A stretch of DNA of 11,800 nt from a virus. The stretch lies in UHGV virus genome UHGV-0208676; one strand, given 5' to 3'. Below the pieces are notes generated by a model. That model searched no databases. It was not told the origin of the DNA and worked only from the letters and a program-made list of their open reading frames with translations. Positions within the stretch are counted from its first letter, which is position 1; every line of letters begins with the position of its first letter. Both the position numbers and the translations under genes were made by a program. Of the stretch, positions 7,501 to 11,800 are shown in pieces.

Positions 7501-9920
7501 TGGCAAAAAATGACTTTAAAGCATTCGCAACGGGTAAAAATGCCAATGTTATGTCGCAGGAGGAATGGGAAGCGTTGCCTGCGCTTTTATCCGGATTTAC
7601 AGCAGGGAAAGCATCCAGTGCGCAAGTCAATAAGGTTATTCGGCAGGCCAGCTTTATTGCTGCAGCTCTGGCCCAGTTTGTAAGTGACAAAACGCAACGG
7701 GATGTGCTTGATAATGGTGATCTGCCCGGTTTTGTTGAATTGCTGGGATCGGGGTTTGCTGTTGAATACCTGAGCCGCAAGAATCCGTTTGGCGATATCA
7801 AATCGGATGGCACGGTAGAACGCGCTCTTGAAAATCTGGGGTTACAGGATGTAAAAGCTGGTTCATTGAACAATCTGTACACTAACCATTCCCGTAGTGT
7901 CTTAATGGAATTGCCGTTATTATTCCCAGACTACGATACAGTGCTGGCTGCTCAGTCTGGTGCGGAATATATGTATCCACAGGGATTTGTGGTGACAGGA
8001 GAAAAAATCTATCTGAGTTATACCGTTGAGCCAAAGCAGACACGGAACGTTATAGTTCAGTACACAACATCCGGCGAATATGAGGGATATTATTATGTCG
8101 ATAATGGAGGTCGTGGCGTTGTCAGCGAAGGCCTTGTGGTGACAACGGATTACGGTGGATTACGTTTGTTCATGTCAGGAGAAAATGGATTACTGAAACA
8201 GTTTTCGCTTGATGGGGCAATTTCTGGTTCAGTATTGCCGTTAATTGATGAACATGACGTCGGTGTTTACAACCAGTTCAGCTATCGTAAAAACCGCTGG
8301 GTGGTTGAACAGTCAGCGCCGGAAGTGGGAGGCCTGATCACCCGCACAGTATTTGCGGTGTATGATTTTCAGTTTCGTCGGACGGGGACATTCACATTAC
8401 CGTTGCATGATTCCGGATATATCACGGAAAGCACAGACAGCTATGCAAGACGCTTCACAAAACGTCAGGGAATTGCTGTGGGAGACGATTATATTGCCTG
8501 TTCTTATGGTGGCTATTTTAATACCGGGGCATCAGCCGGATTTAACCAGTTTCAGGGGGTTAAGGTCTTTTCTCCGGATGGAGTAAAGCTGCAGGAATCC
8601 ATTCTTCATCCCCAAAAAATGATAGATGTGCTTACCAGCCAGGGTTTTACACCTTCGCGCATTGAGAACGAAGGAATTTGTATTTCTGACGACGGCGGCA
8701 GTATATATTCGCTTTATATCTTTCTGGAGCGTGGGTTACCACAGGCTTATCAGAAAGGAATTGTTCTGATGAAAGAGTTCAGTACTGGCAGAGATGCTAT
8801 TGATTTTCGTCAGGCAGCCTGGTTGTACACGGGGTTTGATGTGTCTCATGCCAGTATTGGAACATTTCCCCGTAGTGCCCAGGGGTTGGTAAATCCGGTG
8901 CTGGGGACTGTATTCACATCACTGTCTGAAATTCTGGCATATATGCGCTCTGTGAGTCAGAAATGGTTTTGTCTGCATACAACCACGACACCGATTAAAG
9001 ATCTGAGTGGAAATGATATTCCTGCTGACAATTATGTGTTCATCAAGAATGCTAATAACCAGACATTCTATATAACGCAGGAGTCAGCTGAAGGTGGAAT
9101 AAAATATAAAGCTGTCACCACAGGCAGCGGAGAATATGGTTTTCAGCGACAAAGAGAGGCAACCTGGTCCAATGTTATCACCATCGCACAAAAGAGCGAT
9201 GGTGAGGACCAGTTTAATCGTATTGTTGCCGCATCGAAAAGTGGTTCAGGTAACAATCAGGATAAAATACTGGTAGTTGACCAGCAGGCATCAGAGGGGA
9301 ATAACACACTGATAATTGGCGGTGCTTCATCTGTGTTCAGGTCAGCGACAGTGATTGATTTTGCAACGAATCAGGATGCAAATGCCACTGGAGGAGAAAA
9401 AAGATGGCGCATAGATTCATCAGGAAATCTCCGCCCTTATACAGATAATACGTATTCGATCGGTTATGCCTCATGGCGACCCGCACAGGTTTATGCAGCT
9501 ACAGGAAGTATCAGTACATCAGACCGGACTCGTAAACAGGACGAAACAATTCTGTCGGATGCAGAAAAAAGGGTTGCCAGAAAGTTGCTCGGGTATATCT
9601 GTCGGTTCCGTTTCAGGGATGCTGTGTCCAGCAAAGGGAATGCTGCCAGATGGCATGTAGGAGTGATTGCCCAGGACGTACAGAAGGTATTCTCTGAGGA
9701 AGGGCTGGATGCTTTTGATTACGGTATTTTGTGTCGTGATGAATATCCGGCGGAATATGAAGTGGTTTACGGGACTCGTATGGAGCTTGGTCCTGATGGA
9801 CTCCTTGCAATGGAAGAATACGATACCGGAGAGCGTAAGCTGGTCAGGGAGGCTGGCGAAATAATGTCTGTAAGGAATGATGAGCTGCATTATTTCATGT
9901 TGGCATCGCTGGCCAGTTAA
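7500..9920 (+). CDS. Tail fibre / tailspike protein with C-terminal intramolecular chaperone (peptidase S74-like) domain
   Basis: Start placed at ATG 7500 (GGGGAG RBS 10 nt upstream, TGATG coupling) rather than the ORF-track 7482. Conserved fibre N-terminal anchor (FATGKNANVMSQEEWEALP...KVIRQASFIAAALAQFV). C-terminal 133 aa (9519-9917) has S-D-x3-K (STSDRTRK) and GVIAQDVQKVF motifs typical of auto-cleaving chaperone domains. Confidence 0.75.
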   Translation: MAKNDFKAFATGKNANVMSQEEWEALPALLSGFTAGKASSAQVNKVIRQASFIAAALAQFVSDKTQRDVLDNGDLPGFVELLGSGFAVEYLSRKNPFGDIKSDGTVERALENLGLQDVKAGSLNNLYTNHSRSVLMELPLLFPDYDTVLAAQSGAEYMYPQGFVVTGEKIYLSYTVEPKQTRNVIVQYTTSGEYEGYYYVDNGGRGVVSEGLVVTTDYGGLRLFMSGENGLLKQFSLDGAISGSVLPLIDEHDVGVYNQFSYRKNRWVVEQSAPEVGGLITRTVFAVYDFQFRRTGTFTLPLHDSGYITESTDSYARRFTKRQGIAVGDDYIACSYGGYFNTGASAGFNQFQGVKVFSPDGVKLQESILHPQKMIDVLTSQGFTPSRIENEGICISDDGGSIYSLYIFLERGLPQAYQKGIVLMKEFSTGRDAIDFRQAAWLYTGFDVSHASIGTFPRSAQGLVNPVLGTVFTSLSEILAYMRSVSQKWFCLHTTTTPIKDLSGNDIPADNYVFIKNANNQTFYITQESAEGGIKYKAVTTGSGEYGFQRQREATWSNVITIAQKSDGEDQFNRIVAASKSGSGNNQDKILVVDQQASEGNNTLIIGGASSVFRSATVIDFATNQDANATGGEKRWRIDSSGNLRPYTDNTYSIGYASWRPAQVYAATGSISTSDRTRKQDETILSDAEKRVARKLLGYICRFRFRDAVSSKGNAARWHVGVIAQDVQKVFSEEGLDAFDYGILCRDEYPAEYEVVYGTRMELGPDGLLAMEEYDTGERKLVREAGEIMSVRNDELHYFMLASLAS

Positions 9921-9928
9921 TAATATTA

Positions 9929-9957
9929 ATGTAAGGAGTGATACAAGCTCCTTACAT
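9929..9957. repeat. Perfect 10-bp inverted repeat (hairpin) just downstream of the tail-fibre stop
   Basis: ATGTAAGGAG (9929-9938) and CTCCTTACAT (9948-9957) separated by a 9-nt loop; no T-run follows, so not a canonical intrinsic terminator. Confidence 0.5.
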
Positions 9958-10115
9958 CATGCATTTATGCGATTGTGCGTTATCCCATTGTTTGTTGCTG
10001 AGAGTGAAACACCGGAAACATACTGGGTGGATTGAAATTTTCGGGCGTGGCAAGCGTATGAATATGCCGTGGTGGGGCGGTTTTGATCCGCGCGCGTGCG
10101 ATGTGGCAAGCCTGA

Positions 10116-10442
10116 TGGATTTTGCTGCGCCAGCGTGGCGTGAATTTCCGAAGCCTGACTGACAGTATTGATACCAGTACCCCAATGGGCCGTTTCTTTT
10201 TTCATGTGATGGGTGCCCTGGCTGAAATGGAGCGTGAACTGATTGTTGAACGAACAAAAGCTGGACTGGAAGCTGCTCGCGCACAGGGACGAATTGGCGG
10301 TCGCCGTCCCAAACTTTCACCAGAACAATGGGCACAGGCCGGACGATTAATTACATCAGGAGTTCCTCGCCAGAAGGTGGCGATCATCTATGATGTTGGC
10401 GTATCGACTTTGTATAAGAAGTTTCCGGTCGGAGATAAATGA
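10116..10442 (+). pseudogene. DNA invertase (Pin/Gin/Hin serine recombinase family) remnant, C-terminal part only
   Basis: Translation VNFRSLTDSIDTSTPMGRFFFHVMGALAEMERELIVERTKAGLEAARAQGRIGGRRPKLSPEQWAQAGRL...STLYKK matches the C-terminal half of Pin/Gin-type invertases including the HTH region. The frame hits an in-frame TGA at 10113-10115 and the upstream translation has no invertase-like sequence, so the N-terminal catalytic Ser region is absent. The ORF-track start at 10122 is a TTG. Confidence 0.8.
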
Positions 10443-10740
10443 AACCGCAGCACGTCGTATGCAAGAACGTGCCACGGCTGGCTGATGGACGTTCGATAGC
10501 GCGAGTTTGAATGAAAATCAGCCGGAGATGATTTTACATAATTGCTACGGAATTATTCAATACAGGGATTGCTTGTGTCTGCATGGATTGACCTGAAATA
10601 GTCCCGAAAATTTCTCTAAAAAACTCGAAAACAATGGTAACTAATTGAATGTATTAATATGCAATGGTACGTGTTTGGGATTAAAAGATGAACGTGATTT
10701 TGTTTAACACATTAATTTTAAATGATTTTCTTGTTTGTTG

Positions 10741-10772
10741 ACGAAAACAGGAATCGTGTTCGGTCTCTTTTT
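10741..10772 (+). ncRNA. sdsR: Fragment resembling the 3' terminator hairpin of sRNA SdsR (RyeB); possible prophage attachment-site duplicate
   Basis: CGAAAACAGGAATCGTGTTCGGTCTCTTTTT resembles, from memory, the SdsR 3' end (CGAAUACAGGAAUCGUAUUCGGUCUCUUUUU) with a few mismatches. Sequence just upstream does not resemble the SdsR 5' part as I recall it. In E. coli K-12 the sdsR/ryeA locus lies next to pphA. Confidence 0.4.
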
Positions 10773-10906
10773 ATCTGTTAAAAGCCAGAAGCATTCCCTT
10801 CGCTGACTTTATAGTCAACCATAACACACACTCTACTGTCTGAGTCCAGCGTTTTTTAACATTCTTGTTAAGATTATGTGATCTTTAGCGCGGGAGGAAA
10901 ATATTG

Positions 10907-11563
10907 ATGAAACAGCCTGCGCCCGTTTATCAGAGAATTGCGGGTCATCAATGGCGACATATCTGGCTTTCAGGCGATATACACGGTTGTCTTGAGCAGT
11001 TGCGCCGCAAATTATGGCATTGTCGTTTTGATCCGTGGCGAGATTTACTTATCTCAGTGGGAGACGTTATCGATCGTGGGCCGCAAAGTTTACGTTGCCT
11101 GCAGTTACTGGAACAACATTGGGTTCGTGCGGTAAGAGGCAATCATGAACAGATGGCGATGGATGCGCTGGCATCCCGGCAGATGTCTTTATGGTTGATA
11201 AATGGCGGCGACTGGTTTATTGCGCTGGCAGATAATCAACAGAAACAAGCGAAAACGGCGCTGGAAAAATGTCAGCATTTGCCCTTTATTCTTGAATTAC
11301 ACAGTCGCACCGGCAAACATGTTATTGCTCATGCCGATTATCCAGATGATGTCTATGAATGGCAAAAGGACGTCGATTTGCATCAGGTCTTGTGGAGCCG
11401 CTCGCGATTAGGTGAACGCCAAAAAGGGCAGGGAATTGCAGGTGCTGATCATTTCTGGTTTGGTCATACACCTTTGCGCCATCGCGTGGATATTGGCAAC
11501 CTGCATTATATTGATACCGGTGCTGTCTTTGGGGGAGAACTGACTCTTGTGCAATTGCAATAA
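10907..11563 (+). CDS. pphA: Serine/threonine protein phosphatase 1 (PP1/lambda-phosphatase-like metallophosphatase)
   Basis: Motifs GDIHG, GDVIDRG and GNHE present; 218 aa from ATG 10907 (GGAGG RBS about 9 nt upstream; the ORF-track 10904 is a TTG one codon earlier). N-terminus MKQPAPVYQRIAGHQWRHIWLSGDIHGC matches my recollection of E. coli PrpA; convergent with a yebW-like gene as in K-12. Confidence 0.85.
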   Translation: MKQPAPVYQRIAGHQWRHIWLSGDIHGCLEQLRRKLWHCRFDPWRDLLISVGDVIDRGPQSLRCLQLLEQHWVRAVRGNHEQMAMDALASRQMSLWLINGGDWFIALADNQQKQAKTALEKCQHLPFILELHSRTGKHVIAHADYPDDVYEWQKDVDLHQVLWSRSRLGERQKGQGIAGADHFWFGHTPLRHRVDIGNLHYIDTGAVFGGELTLVQLQ

Positions 11564-11755
11564 TTAAAAATCACCGTATTCCTGTGCAGGTCGCCAGAAA
11601 CCATCTATAAAATCCTCAATCGGAAAACAACCGCCATGGCGGATCCGTTGATCGCTCATAGAATAAAGACACTGCTGTTCCGTGTTGTAGACATCCACAA
11701 CAATATCTTCACAACCGCCATCCAGGTAGCAAACAAAAAGTACCAGCGCGAACAT
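11564..11755 (-). CDS. yebW: Small Cys-containing protein of unknown function (63 aa), YebW-like
   Basis: 63-aa ORF convergent with and abutting pphA, matching the K-12 yebW-pphA arrangement as recalled; GGGGA SD-like sequence upstream of the ATG on the minus strand. Confidence 0.6.
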   Translation of the reverse strand: MFALVLFVCYLDGGCEDIVVDVYNTEQQCLYSMSDQRIRHGGCFPIEDFIDGFWRPAQEYGDF

Positions 11756-11800
11756 TTCATCCCCGAAGTGTGGTGCCGTACCGTTAAGTTTAGGAGAGAT

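Noticed and set aside
6947-7882. ORFs 6947-7207 (+), 7137-7460 (-) and 7460-7882 (-) across the I-like gene and fibre 5' end
   Set aside because: Antisense or alternative-frame to coupled baseplate and fibre genes; no start-site support.
8353-9890. ORFs 8353-8586 (+), 9466-9660 (+), 9519-9890 (-), 9613-9810 (-) and 9667-9864 (+) inside the tail-fibre gene
   Set aside because: Nested within the fibre frame, which ends in a coherent chaperone domain, so these are treated as chance ORFs.
9938-10387. ORFs 9938-10162 (+), 9952-10335 (-), 9957-10205 (-) and 10202-10387 (-) around the invertase remnant
   Set aside because: The minus-strand ones are antisense to the clearly invertase-like frame. 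The + strand 74-aa ORF has no similarity to invertase N-termini or fibre-assembly proteins by eye; treated as junction debris. A degraded tfa remnant cannot be fully excluded without a search.
10938-11411. ORFs 10938-11135 (+), 10948-11142 (-) and 11202-11411 (+) within pphA
   Set aside because: Alternative-frame or antisense ORFs inside a gene with clear metallophosphatase motifs.
1-11800. CRISPR arrays, tRNA genes, integrase or IS elements
   Set aside because: No regularly spaced direct repeats, no tRNA-like cloverleaf regions recognised, and no integrase or transposase-like translation in any long ORF. The only recombinase signal is the truncated invertase.

Overview
The window covers the distal end of a Mu/e14-like contractile-tail prophage, reading left to right on the + strand, and runs into E. 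coli-type host genes pphA and yebW. The phage part holds a partial tape-measure gene, three baseplate-region genes, a baseplate spike, wedge genes, and a tail fibre carrying its own C-terminal chaperone domain, followed by a 5'-truncated DNA invertase remnant. The most interesting feature is an AT-rich two-gene cassette at 3304-4459, inserted between the hub-like and spike genes with its own candidate promoter and terminator. It encodes a 257-aa protein with no recognisable motifs and a 131-aa HEPN-like protein, and is a candidate novel defence or toxin-type system. A short sdsR-like terminator fragment near 10741-10772 may mark the prophage attachment junction. All assignments rest on reading the translations and DNA by eye; no database search was run.
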